Below the pieces are notes generated by a model, which was given only the letters and a program-made list of their open reading frames with translations, was not told where the DNA came from and did no database searches. A DNA stretch of 64,000 nucleotides from Planctomycetota bacterium. Its GTDB lineage: Bacteria; Planctomycetota; B15-G4; JADJEK01. A program made the translations under genes and the position numbers. Location: assembly GCA_044225365.1 (NCBI GenBank), contig JBGAIQ010000025.1, positions 1 through 64,000 on the forward strand, in the 5' to 3' direction. Shown here in pieces: positions 49,798 through 60,000 of the stretch. How positions within the stretch are numbered: position 1 is the first letter of the stretch; each line of letters begins with the position of its first letter.

Positions 49798-50684
49798 AGC
49801 TTCTCGATGTCGAGCGTCACGTCGAGCGACTTCGCGCTGTGCGTCAGCGCGCCGATCGAGATCCGATCGACGCCGGTACTCGCGAACGCACCGACGTTCT
49901 CGAGCGTCACGCCGCCCGACGCTTCGAGCACGAGCGGAGGTCCGCCCGCGGCGGCACGCGCCTCTCCGGCCTTGCGCACGATCGCCACGGCCGAGCGCAG
50001 CCGTTCCGGCGTGAAGTTGTCGAGCAGAACCGAATCCGCGCCGCCGGCGACGATGGCGAGCGCTTCTTCCTCCGTGCGCGCCTCGATCTGGATGAACATG
50101 CCGGGCGGCGAGTTCTCGCGCGCGAGGCGAGTCGCCCGCTCGATGCCGACCGGATCTCCCGATGCTGCGAGGAAGTCGAGGTGATTGTCCTTCACGAGAA
50201 CGGCGTCGTAGAGACCGCTGCGATGGTTCGTTCCACCGCCCGCCTTCACCGCCGCTTTCTCGAGGTGCCTCAGGAGAGGAGTCGTCTTGCGGGTGTCACA
50301 GATCTTCACGCGGGGATCCCCCGCCCTCCGGACGAACTCGCGCGTCAGCGTCGCGATTCCGCACAACCTCCCGAGGAGATTGAGTGCGAGCCGCTCGCCC
50401 GTGAGGACCGAGCGGGCCGAGCACGTGACGACGCCGACCGACGCGCCGCCCTTCACCTCGCTCCCCTCGGCGGCGAGCACCTGCGTATGAGCGAACGGAT
50501 CGAGGAGCGCGAAGACTCGCAGCGCCGCGTCGATACCGGAGACCACGCCCGGAACGCGTAGCTTGAGTACGCCTCGCGCCCTTCGATCAGGAGGTAGGAG
50601 TGCGAGCGTCGTGCGATCGCCATCGCCGACGTCCTCGTTGAGCGCGTCCTTCAGGAACGCATCGAGATCGAATTCGAACCGCAT
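49794..50684 (-). CDS. nadC: Quinolinate phosphoribosyltransferase
   Basis: GERLALN, DTRKTTP, NHRSGLYDAVLVKDNH, LLDNF, EASGG, ISIGALTHS. Confidence 0.97.
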   Translation of the reverse strand: MRFEFDLDAFLKDALNEDVGDGDRTTLALLPPDRRARGVLKLRVPGVVSGIDAALRVFALLDPFAHTQVLAAEGSEVKGGASVGVVTCSARSVLTGERLALNLLGRLCGIATLTREFVRRAGDPRVKICDTRKTTPLLRHLEKAAVKAGGGTNHRSGLYDAVLVKDNHLDFLAASGDPVGIERATRLARENSPPGMFIQIEARTEEEALAIVAGGADSVLLDNFTPERLRSAVAIVRKAGEARAAAGGPPLVLEASGGVTLENVGAFASTGVDRISIGALTHSAKSLDVTLDIEKL

Positions 50685-50706
50685 CAGCTCGTCCTCGCCG
50701 AGCAGT

Positions 50707-51162
50707 CTACCGTCGATCTTCTGAGGATTGAGCGGGTTCAGTGGGCGCAGGCTCGTCGCTGAAACAGATCTCGTGGATCAGCTTCTCGACCGTCTTCTCG
50801 CCGATACCCGTCACGCGAAGGAGGTCGGGATAGCCATGGAACGGCCCGTGTTCGGATCGATACTCGACGATCTTCGCCGCTCGGTCCTTTCCGATCTCGG
50901 GCAGCAGGGCGAGCGTGTCGGCATCGGCGCTGTTCACATTGACGCGAACGCGCGCGGCGGCCGACTTCGAGAAGGCCCCTCCCACCTCGAAGACGTGTCC
51001 CCAGGCGAGCAGTCCCATCGCCAGGAGGAGGCCGAACATTCCGAGCGTATAGGCCCGACGCTCACTACGGCTCGAACTCGAGTGGTCACTGCGACTCTGC
51101 GCCTGCGGTGCGTCCTCGTGACTCGCTCTCTCTTGGTCTTGCGGCTCGGACGTGTTCGTCAC
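50707..51162 (-). CDS. ComEA-like helix-hairpin-helix DNA-binding membrane protein
   Basis: VNVNSAD...LPEIG...IVEYR..HGPF...VTGIGEKT. Confidence 0.88.
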   Translation of the reverse strand: MTNTSEPQDQERASHEDAPQAQSRSDHSSSSRSERRAYTLGMFGLLLAMGLLAWGHVFEVGGAFSKSAAARVRVNVNSADADTLALLPEIGKDRAAKIVEYRSEHGPFHGYPDLLRVTGIGEKTVEKLIHEICFSDEPAPTEPAQSSEDRR

Positions 51163-52256
51163 GAATCAGCCCTCGCTGCCACGCGCGTCCGCTCCGCCGC
51201 CACCGCGGATTCACGAACGGGGCGCTTCGACGCCGCCGTTTCGGTGAGTCTCGACGAGTGAGGGGACGCGGACGAGTTTCGCGTCGCAACGAGATTGAAG
51301 AACCTTTCGAACAGACTGTCGAGGGTCGCCGTCATCGAAGTCGAATCTTGCACCAGCGTGGCGTCGACGCCGTCCTCGACGCAGACCTGTGCCGTATTGC
51401 CTTCGCCACGGGAGAGCGCCGCGAGTCGCCGTGAACCGAGCCGGAAGCAGACGAGGTCGCCGTCCTGCTCCTCGAGGACGTCCGGAGACATGCGTACGAT
51501 CCGGCGCTTCAACTCGTCGAAGTAGTTCAGCCGCTCGCTGGCCGCGTGTCCGTTCGCTTGCGGCGCCGCGCGCGAATCGAGGGCGCGGCCCACGCCGTCC
51601 GATTCGGAAGTCTCGGATCCGCGGCGTGCGCCGTTCGCACGCGCTCCGTCGGTCGTTGGAGCCGCCTTCGACTCGACCGCTTCCTGCACCGTGAAATTCA
51701 CGGCAACCGCGGCGCCATCGCCGATCGCAATCGCCGGAACGGGTTCCACGATCTCGCCGCCGATGAGACGCAGTCCGTGCGGACGTTTGCCGAGTTGGCC
51801 GCCCTGATCGCCGCCACGGGCGAGCAGGAGGATCTGGCGACCCGTCGCGCCTTCGACGACCGCGACCTCGACGAGCGTCGTCCCTCCACCAGGGAGGAGG
51901 CGACAGCGCGCCTCCTCGCGATCCGAGAAACGCCGCGAAACGAGCAGCAATCGCGGATCCGCCGTTTCATCGAGGGAATCGGAAGCGAGCAAGCGAGCGA
52001 GCAGTGCGCGGCTGCGACGATAGGCAAGGACGGCGTCGGCGGCCCGAACGTGGAGATCCTCGAATCCATTCTCGACGAGGACGAGGACCGCGCGGCGATC
52101 GATGTCGATCGCGAGTGCGTCGAGCACGACGGCGTCTTCGAGGGGCACCGCGCGAGCGAGGATCTTGAGACCGCGCTCGACGGCGTCGAGTTCAGTCACG
52201 ACGAGTCCCGCGAGATCCGGCGCAACGTCCTGCTTCGATCCGTGGACGGGGATCAT
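51159..52256 (-). CDS. Hypothetical protein (degenerate NucS/PD-(D/E)XK-like N-terminus; DUF5655-like C-terminus, tentative)
   Basis: VERGLKILAR...LDALAID...AVLV resembles the endonuclease fold but lacks ExK; stop is coupled to the comEA-like gene. Confidence 0.55.
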   Translation of the reverse strand: MIPVHGSKQDVAPDLAGLVVTELDAVERGLKILARAVPLEDAVVLDALAIDIDRRAVLVLVENGFEDLHVRAADAVLAYRRSRALLARLLASDSLDETADPRLLLVSRRFSDREEARCRLLPGGGTTLVEVAVVEGATGRQILLLARGGDQGGQLGKRPHGLRLIGGEIVEPVPAIAIGDGAAVAVNFTVQEAVESKAAPTTDGARANGARRGSETSESDGVGRALDSRAAPQANGHAASERLNYFDELKRRIVRMSPDVLEEQDGDLVCFRLGSRRLAALSRGEGNTAQVCVEDGVDATLVQDSTSMTATLDSLFERFFNLVATRNSSASPHSSRLTETAASKRPVRESAVAAERTRVAARADS

Positions 52257-52413
52257 GACGGATCCTTACGATGGGCGATGTCCGCGCCCCCTGCCCGCGA
52301 CCTCGAGACCGCCAAGAGTTCGCGGGAGGGAACGGGGCTCCGAATCCACTTCTGCACAATTCGAAGTACCGCCGGTCATGGATTGTAGTTGACATGAGCC
52401 ACCGTACAACATC

Positions 52414-53652
52414 TTGGATCCTTCGAACTTGAACCCCCCGGTCGCCGTTTCAACCGTGTCACGCGCCCGCTGGTCCAGTCTTCGGACTCTGTTCCCGGTC
52501 ACGGACCGCTACGCGTACTTCAATGTCGCCGCGAACGCGCCACTCCCGATCCCGGTCGTGCGGGCCATGGCTCGCTACGCCGAGGATCTCGCCGACCACG
52601 GTTCGCGCCACTACCTCGACTGGTTCGCCGTCGCGAAACGCACGCGCAGCCGGGCCGCGGCTTTGCTCAATGCGCGCAGCGATGAGATCGCGCTCGTCCG
52701 CAATACGAGCGACGGACTGTCGATCGTGGCGCACGGCCTCGACTGGAAGAAGGGCGACAGCGTCGTCCTCGTGAACGGCGACTTCCCCGCGAACATCTAC
52801 CCCTGGCTGCGCCTGCGAGAACTCGGCGTCGAGGTTCGCCTCGTGCGTCCCGACGATCGCCACCGGATCCACCCCGAGCAACTGCTCGCTGCGTGCGACG
52901 GGTCGACGCGCCTCATCGCCGTTTCCTTCGTTTCGTTCGCGAACGGTTTTCGCTTCGACATCCGCACTCTCTCGCAGATGGCGAAGCCGCGCGGCATCCT
53001 CGTCTGCATCGATGCGATCCAGGGACTCGGTGCTCTGCGACTCGACGTCGTCGCCGATGGAATCGACTTCCTCGCGGCGGACGGCCACAAGTGGCTTCTC
53101 ACGCCCGAGGGCATTGGCATCTTCTATGTGAAGAAATCGCTGCTCGACCGGTTGCGGCCACCGCTCGTGTCGTGGCTCTCGATGAAGCAGCCATTCGACA
53201 CGCACTACCGCGGCGAGATGCACGACGACGCGCGACGCTTCGAATTCGCGACGCCGAACACGGCGGGCGTCTACGCGCTCGACGCCGCGCTCGAGCTCAT
53301 CACGAACGTCGCCAGCGAGAGACCGGAGGATCGGGCGCGCGAGGGCGACGCCACGGCCTCGACCGCCGCGAGTTCGATCCGCGAGATCGAATCGCGCGTG
53401 CTCCATCTCACCGATCTCATGGTCGAGGGCCTGCGATCGCGGGGCTGTCGCGTGCTGTCGCCGCGGGGCGAACTCGAACGATCCGGGATCGTGTCGTTCG
53501 AGAAGTCCGGTCTCGATTCGAACGTGCTGACACAGAAACTGCTCGATGCCGGAATCCAGACCGCGATGCGCGCCGGCGCCGTGCGGGCGGCAGCGCACTT
53601 CTACAACGACGAGACCGACGTGGAGCGGCTCCTTTCGGCGATCCCGAGATGA
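52414..53652 (+). CDS. Class V PLP-dependent aminotransferase-family enzyme
   Basis: YFNVAA, NTSDG, DAIQGLG, DGHKWLL (PLP Lys), RFEFATPN, HFYN. Confidence 0.9.
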   Translation: MDPSNLNPPVAVSTVSRARWSSLRTLFPVTDRYAYFNVAANAPLPIPVVRAMARYAEDLADHGSRHYLDWFAVAKRTRSRAAALLNARSDEIALVRNTSDGLSIVAHGLDWKKGDSVVLVNGDFPANIYPWLRLRELGVEVRLVRPDDRHRIHPEQLLAACDGSTRLIAVSFVSFANGFRFDIRTLSQMAKPRGILVCIDAIQGLGALRLDVVADGIDFLAADGHKWLLTPEGIGIFYVKKSLLDRLRPPLVSWLSMKQPFDTHYRGEMHDDARRFEFATPNTAGVYALDAALELITNVASERPEDRAREGDATASTAASSIREIESRVLHLTDLMVEGLRSRGCRVLSPRGELERSGIVSFEKSGLDSNVLTQKLLDAGIQTAMRAGAVRAAAHFYNDETDVERLLSAIPR

Positions 53653-54482
53653 CGCTCTTCGCGTCGCTCGACTCCGCGTTCATCGAGGGGATCGGGCTCA
53701 CGGTCGTCGGCGGTCTCGTCAGCGCTTTCGCGCTGCGGCGCGTGCTGCGCGTCGGGCCGCCCCTGCCGGCGACGCATCCGATTCCCGATCGCGTGAGCTT
53801 CGAGCTCTGCTTCGTCGCGTTGATCGGGCTCGTGTTGCGCGGCGTCCTCGCACCGGTCTTGCTTCGCTTGTTCGGCGACGATGGTTTGAAGCTCGACGAA
53901 GTCGACCGCGACCTGCTCGCGAGCCTTGGGTGCAACGGCCTGCTCATCGTCTTTGCCGTGCTGTTTGCGCAGCGGCGTGGACGATCCGCGGGTTTCGCTG
54001 TCGGCCTCGACGGTTCGCGCCGCGAGACGCTCCTCTTCGAATCGGGACTCGCGATCCTCGGACTCATCGCCGTCGCGCCGTTCTTCGTCGCCTCGTTCGA
54101 ACTCAATGCGCTCGTCCTCGATCGACTCGGCATTGCGCAACAACAGGCAATGGTGCAGCAACTGCTCGCGGCGAAGGACAAGCTCCACGACGCGTGGATC
54201 GTGGTCGGGATCGGAACCCTGATCCCGTTCTGCGAGGAGATCCTATTCCGGGGTCTCATGCTCCGCGGACTCGTCCAGGTGTTGCGGCCCGGGCCCGCGA
54301 TCCTGGCTTCCGCGCTATTCTTCGCCGTCATGCACGATCCGTCCGCGCGCGTCCCCGTGTTCGTCCTCGGATTGCTCTTCGGACTACTCTACGTGCGAAC
54401 GCGGTCGATCTTGGCGCCCTTCGTCGCTCACGCTCTTTTCAATACCGCGCAACTCCTCCTCGTGATCCCGAACGCGCAATGA
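53649..54482 (+). CDS. CPBP (Abi/CAAX) intramembrane metalloprotease
   Basis: EEILFRG, FAVMH, AHALFN; ATGA overlap with the upstream gene. Confidence 0.92.
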   Translation: MTLFASLDSAFIEGIGLTVVGGLVSAFALRRVLRVGPPLPATHPIPDRVSFELCFVALIGLVLRGVLAPVLLRLFGDDGLKLDEVDRDLLASLGCNGLLIVFAVLFAQRRGRSAGFAVGLDGSRRETLLFESGLAILGLIAVAPFFVASFELNALVLDRLGIAQQQAMVQQLLAAKDKLHDAWIVVGIGTLIPFCEEILFRGLMLRGLVQVLRPGPAILASALFFAVMHDPSARVPVFVLGLLFGLLYVRTRSILAPFVAHALFNTAQLLLVIPNAQ

Positions 54483-54505
54483 TCGCATCCCCCTGAGGTT
54501 CGAAG

Positions 54506-55036
54506 ATGTCGACTTCCAGCTTCGCCAACGACCGATGCTTCCTCGCACCGCACGAATGCGGAAAGGACGCGCTCGTCGCGTCGACGGCTTCGGTGATGGG
54601 CAACGTTCACCTCGAGGCGGACGTGAGCATCTGGTACGGAGCCGTCCTGCGCGGCGACGACGAGTCGATCACGATCGGCGCGCGCACGAACATCCAGGAC
54701 AACAGCGTGGTGCACCCGCTGCCCGGAATTCCAACGCGAGTCGGCGAAGACTGCACCATCGGTCACAATGCGATCGTCCACTGCAAGGAGATCGCGCCGC
54801 GATGCCTGATCGGAATGGGCGCGATCCTGCTCGGTGAAGCGGTGATCGGCGAAGAGTGCATCATCGCCGCCGGCGCGCTCGTCAAGGAGAAGGCGGTGAT
54901 CCCGCGGCGCTCGCTCGTCGTCGGCATGCCGGGTCGCGTCGTTCGGGAGGTCACCGACGCGGAAGTGAAAGCGATCCTCGAGAGTTCGCGCGAATACGTG
55001 GAAAAGGCGAAGAAGCATCGCCGCGCGAATTCGTGA
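54506..55036 (+). CDS. Gamma-carbonic-anhydrase-family hexapeptide protein
   Basis: SIWYGAVLRGD, NIQDNSVVH, IGHNAIVH, LIGMGA. Confidence 0.93.
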   Translation: MSTSSFANDRCFLAPHECGKDALVASTASVMGNVHLEADVSIWYGAVLRGDDESITIGARTNIQDNSVVHPLPGIPTRVGEDCTIGHNAIVHCKEIAPRCLIGMGAILLGEAVIGEECIIAAGALVKEKAVIPRRSLVVGMPGRVVREVTDAEVKAILESSREYVEKAKKHRRANS

Positions 55037-55052
55037 GAGCCGGTCGCGAGTG

Positions 55053-55093
55053 AAGAAAAGAAAGGGCGCGCGGACCACACCTCCGCGCGCCCT
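55053..55093 (-). terminator. Strong terminator whose U-tract is on the minus strand
   Basis: 12-bp stem AGGGCGCGCGGA/TCCGCGCGCCCT; the minus-strand tail is TTCTTTTCTT. Confidence 0.75.
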
Positions 55094-55099
55094 CTCTCG

Positions 55100-55243
55100 C
55101 TGCGAACACCGGAAACCGATGCTCGTAGCCAGACTCACCTACAAGACCCAGACCTGCCCAACGCCGTGGTCTGGCCGGGACACCCGGCCTATCCACTTTC
55201 CAGGTCCTGTCGACGAGCACCTGCGAATCTGTGCGTTCCGCAG
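55100..55243 (-). ncRNA. Putative structured non-coding RNA, family not recognised
   Basis: Six helices readable by eye; the long ones close via G-U pairs on the minus strand; paired ends; immediately followed by the minus-strand terminator; no credible minus-strand CDS. Confidence 0.55.
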
Positions 55244-55401
55244 GCAGCAAAAAGACGCAGCGCGCGCCGCGCAGGTTCCGTGGAAGTGGGAGGTTTGCCG
55301 CGGCACTCGCCGCCGCCGCGCGTCGAGCCGACGCGTTTCATCGCGCAAGCGATCGTAACTCCTCGCTTGACGGCGATCTGGAACGAGCGAACAATCGAGG
55401 C

Positions 55402-56613
55402 ATGCGGCCAAACCTCCACGCAATCTTCACGCTGCCGCTGCTGATTTCTTTTCTCGGACTCGGCGCCTTCGCGCGCATCGAGCCGCCGAGACCGACCGCG
55501 CCCGGCCAGGAAGGAAAGTTGTGCTCGCGGTGCAAGACGACGGGCCGCATCGCGAATCCGTTCCTCGACGAGCGCTGGAAGAAACTCGAGGACGGGTGTC
55601 TGCATTGCTCGGAGCGGCTCGATCGCGATCCGTCGGGACACGGATTCGAATGGATCCCGTGCAAGGGTTGTCAGGCCGTCGAACTCAACAAACAGGCCAT
55701 CGCGGAGTTCACGAAGAATTCGAAGGTCGAGATCGACTGGCTCGCCGACCGCCGGAAGATCGATCAGACGCTGAAGCCCCACACCAAGTTCGTGCACGTC
55801 GAGACGCCGCACTTCCAAGTGATCTTCGGCGTCACGGGGATCGTGCTCGAGGATCGCACGGTTCTCGATCAGCACGCAGCCGCGCATCTCTACGCGCGAC
55901 GACTCGAGGACATCTACTCCTGGTTCCAGAAGCTCATCGCGACCTCCGACAAGGAAGCGAAGGTGCTGAAGCACCAGATCTTCCTCCTCGACGACGAGCG
56001 CACCGACAAGGAAGCGGCCCAGCAGTACGCGAGCCTCGCGACCGATCGAGCGGCGCGCGTCGTCGGCGATCCGTCGATCCTCGTGACGTGGCGCAACAAG
56101 GCGAACTTCAAGACTGACGCCGCGTTCCATGAGCACGTCGCGCACCACGTGATCCACAACCTCTGCGGGGTCTTCCACCTCAAGGCGTGGCTCGCGGACG
56201 ACGCCGGATGGCTCGAAGAAGGACTCGCCCACGTCGCCGAGATGGAACTCTTCAACAAGGCCGGCAACACCTGCAACGTCGAGGGCACGGGCGGCGACAT
56301 GTCGGACTCCGACTGGCAACCGGTCGTCCGCAAGATGGTGACCGTGGGCGGCCTCGAATCCTTCGCGGAGCTGATGAACAAGAAGGCGTTCATGCTGACC
56401 GACCCCGAGCACTACCTCGCGTGGTCCTACACCGACTTCCTGTTGAAGAAGAAGCCGAACGGCCTGCGCCTACTCCTCATCGCCCTGAAGGAGAAGAAGC
56501 CGCAACGCGACGCCCTCAAGGACGTGTTCGGGCTGTCGACCGCGGGGATCGACGAGGAATGGCAGAAGTACGTCCTCGCGAACTATCGCCAGAAGCCGCT
56601 CGTGGAGAAGTGA
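55402..56613 (+). CDS. Secreted hypothetical protein with three CxxC motifs and a peptidase-MA-like C-terminal region
   Basis: Signal peptide; CSRC, CLHC, CKGC; HEHVAHHVIH...WLEEGLA...YLAWSYTDFL. Confidence 0.75.
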   Translation: MRPNLHAIFTLPLLISFLGLGAFARIEPPRPTAPGQEGKLCSRCKTTGRIANPFLDERWKKLEDGCLHCSERLDRDPSGHGFEWIPCKGCQAVELNKQAIAEFTKNSKVEIDWLADRRKIDQTLKPHTKFVHVETPHFQVIFGVTGIVLEDRTVLDQHAAAHLYARRLEDIYSWFQKLIATSDKEAKVLKHQIFLLDDERTDKEAAQQYASLATDRAARVVGDPSILVTWRNKANFKTDAAFHEHVAHHVIHNLCGVFHLKAWLADDAGWLEEGLAHVAEMELFNKAGNTCNVEGTGGDMSDSDWQPVVRKMVTVGGLESFAELMNKKAFMLTDPEHYLAWSYTDFLLKKKPNGLRLLLIALKEKKPQRDALKDVFGLSTAGIDEEWQKYVLANYRQKPLVEK

Positions 56614-56619
56614 CCCGAC

Positions 56620-56961
56620 TCTTCGGACCGCCACGCTCCAGCGTGGCATGGTTCTTCTCCATCCATGCCGGCCATGCCGGGCAGAGCCCGGCGGTCCGCA
56701 TCCCCATCTTCGGACCGCCACGCTCCATTGTGGCATGGTTCTTCCCGATCCATGCCGGTCCACATCCCCATCTTCGGAGCCACGCCCGGCGGTCCGATCC
56801 ATGCCGGATCCCCATCTTCGGACCGCCACGCTCCAGCGTGGCATGGTTCTTCCCGATCCATGCCGGGAAGAGCCCGGCGGTCCGCATCCCCATCTTCGGA
56901 CCGCCACGCTCCAGCGTGGCATGGTTCTTCCCGATCCATGCCGGGAAGAGCCCGGCGGTCC
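56620..56961. repeat. Tandem cluster of ~78-bp REP-doublet units (4 core copies plus fragments)
   Basis: GGACCGCCACGCTCCAGCGTGGCATGGTTCTTC cores start at 56625, 56712, 56820 and 56898; three are closed by GAGCCCGGCGGTCC. Confidence 0.92.
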
Positions 56962-57086
56962 CGGCGCTACCCATGTTCGCCGAGTTTGCCGAATCGGCAC
57001 AGTTCTCCATCCCGAACCGCCCTACACCCTGCGAGGAACGGTAATTGCGGACCGCGCGCGTTCCCCTCGCAGCGGCAGGAATCCCC

Positions 57087-60000
57087 ATGGCAAACCGCTC
57101 TCGACCCACCGTCCTCGCCAGCCTCGCCGTGATCGCGATCGTGGCCCTCGCGCTCTGCCTCCGCCAGGATCGATCGACGCCTCGACCCGACGAGTTGCGC
57201 ACCGCACCCGCCGCGACCCCGGCGACTCCCAACGAACCGGCGAACGCCGCGCCCGAGATCCCGGTCTCCGATCGTGAATCCGTGCCGGGAGTGGATGCGG
57301 GGACCGAGCGGCTCCAGGGTCGAGTCGTCGCGACCTCGTCGGAGCATCCGATCGGGAGGATCCAGTTGACCCTCGAACGGGAGGTGCCCGCTTTCGTGAC
57401 GATCGAGATGATCGCCGGCAACGCGCAGAATGCGCGAGCCACGGACGCCCCTTCGGTGACGAGCAACGACTGCGCCGCGGACGGAACGTTCGAGATCCGC
57501 GGCCAACGACTCGTCGGTTATCTCGCCGTGGTCGACCCGATGTACTGCGTTCGTGACGCGATCTACGTCGACGCTCGGGAGAAGACGACGACGCGCGACG
57601 TGCGCGTCGACGCGGCGGGCGTCGTCCGTGGCGTCGTCCGCGATGCAACGGGCGCTCCCTCGAAGGCCGCGAAGATCCAGATCAAGCCGAAGGTCGGACT
57701 CGACGCGGCATTCAATCGCGAGGCGAAGCGCAAGGGCCGCGAAGCCGTGACGGACGAGTCGGGCAAGTTCGAGATCCCGCATGTCCCCGCAGGGATCGAG
57801 TTCGATCTCTCCATCACCGCCGCCGGGAGTTTGAAGCAATGGCGCTCCGTGAAGACGGAGGCCGGCAAGTTCCTCGATGTCGAGGTCTCGTTGATGCCCG
57901 GCGTCGACGTCACGGGCCGCGTGCGCACCGAATCTGGGCCGCCGGTCGCGGGCGCGCACGTGCGTCTGCGTGAGGCCTCGATGCGCGTCGATTCCTCGGC
58001 CCCGCAGCGCTTCGACGCGGGGGACATGGAATGCTCGTCCGACGCCGACGGACACTTCGCTCTCCACGGCGTGCCGCTCGGCAAGTACTTCGTCGAAGCC
58101 TCTCACGCGGACTTCGTTCGCGTGACGCAGCGCAACATCGTGGTGCCCGCGGGCGGACTCGCGATTGGCGAAGACCTCGTGATGAAGAACGGCGAGAGGA
58201 TCACCGGAGTCGTCGTCGACGCGAAGGGTGAACCGGTTCCGAAAGCCGACCTTGGACTTCGCAAACCGGTGTCGTTCTTCGCGGGCGGCATGGGATTGTC
58301 GCCGGAATCGGCGGAGGATCTCGGCGGCAGGAAGTTCCAGGCGGACGATGCGGGACGCTTCTCCTCGCCGCCGCTCGCTGCGGGCGAGTACGACATCGTG
58401 GCCGGAAGGACAGGATACGTCCAGGGCGTCGCGAAGGGCGTGAAGACCGGCTCGGTCGACGTGAAGCTCGTGCTGCAGAAGCGCGGCGCGGTCGAGGGAA
58501 CCGTGATCTCGCTCGAGACGTCGGAGCCCGTCGAGGAATTCCACGTCGCCGCGCTGCGCCCCTTCGAGATGTCGAAGATCATGGACATGCAGACGTGGGA
58601 GCCGGTCCGCCATGTCGTGACGGTCTCGAAGAAGGGTCGCTACCGCATCGAGGATCTCGCAGCCGGCGAGTACACCGTCGCGGTCACGGCCGCGGGCCTC
58701 GCGCGCGGCGAAGTCGAGCACGTGATCGTGAAGGAGGGCGAGACGACTCACGCGGTGAACTTCTTCATGAAGAAAGAGAGCGTGATCCGCGGTCACGTCG
58801 TCGACAAGGCGACGCACAATCCGATCGAGGGCGCGCGTGTCTCGACGCGACAGGGCATGGATGCGCTGCAGCAGGATCCACTCTCCGTCGAGTCCGAAGG
58901 CGAAACCGACGGCGCCGGCGCGTTCGAACTGCGAGGATTGAGGCCCGGTCGCTTCACGCTCACCGCGTCGAAGCACGGCCGCGCGCCGGGATCGGCGGGT
59001 CCGTTCCATCTCGGCGACGGGGATTCGCTCGACGGCATCACGATCGAGACGACGCTCGGCGGGACGATCCGCGGCAAGGTCACGGACCAGCACGAGCAGC
59101 CGGAGACGGGACTGATGATCAGCGCGACGAAGCTCGGAGGCATCGTTCCCGGAATCACGACCACGGACGGCGACGGCAACTACGAACTCTTGGGACTCGC
59201 CGCGGGCCAGTACACCGTCACGCGGTTGTCCGCCCTCGCACTCGGATCCGAGAACATGACCGAGGACATGCTGAAGGGAATGCAGACGAAGTCGGTCCGT
59301 GTCGTCGACGGTGAGGAAGTCGTCGTCGATTTCAAGGCGGTCACGCAAGGCACGGTGACGCTCGAAGGGAAGGTGACGCGGAAGGGCAAGCCGGCGGCCG
59401 GCATCCTGCTCAGCTTCGCGGCGGTGGATGCGAAACCCGCGCCGGAGCTCGCGAGCAAGAACGGCGTCACCGATTCCACGCCGCTGCGCATCGTGACGAC
59501 CGATCAGGACGGGGCGTACAAGATGGAATCACTCACGCCCGGCGACTGGTCGGTCACGGTGCAATCGGTAGCGAATCTCTCGGACAACATGCGCCAGACG
59601 TTCGACTTCACGTTGAACGAAGCGCCAACCCAGCACGAGGACTTCGATCTCTCCGGAACGGGGATCGAAGGCACCGTGCGCAGGAAGGCGGACGCGAATC
59701 CGATTTCCGGCGCGCGCGTGTCGATCGACGCAATCGACGAATCGGTGAAGATCGACCTCTACTCGCGGCGCGTCGGCAGCCGGAGGGTCGGCGAACTCTT
59801 CTGTGATCAGGAAGGGCACTATCGACTCTCGGGCCTCGGCCCCGGGAAGTATCGCGTTTCCGCGGGCGGCCTCACCATGCTCAACCTCGGCACGTCGAAC
59901 TACGCGCGCTCGGAGCCGCGCGAGGTCCTGGTCACCGACGGGCAGATGACGGGTGACATCGATTTCGTGCTGGTCCCCGGCGGCGGCGTGACGGGGAAGG

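Noticed and set aside
52414-53652. Cysteine desulfurase or selenocysteine lyase linked to the selenoprotein
   Set aside because: The catalytic Cys loop (RxGHHC or SSGSAC) is absent; the region reads MRAGAVRAAAH.
56620-56961. CRISPR array
   Set aside because: Sequences between the palindromes are near-identical rather than unique spacers, and no cas genes are seen.
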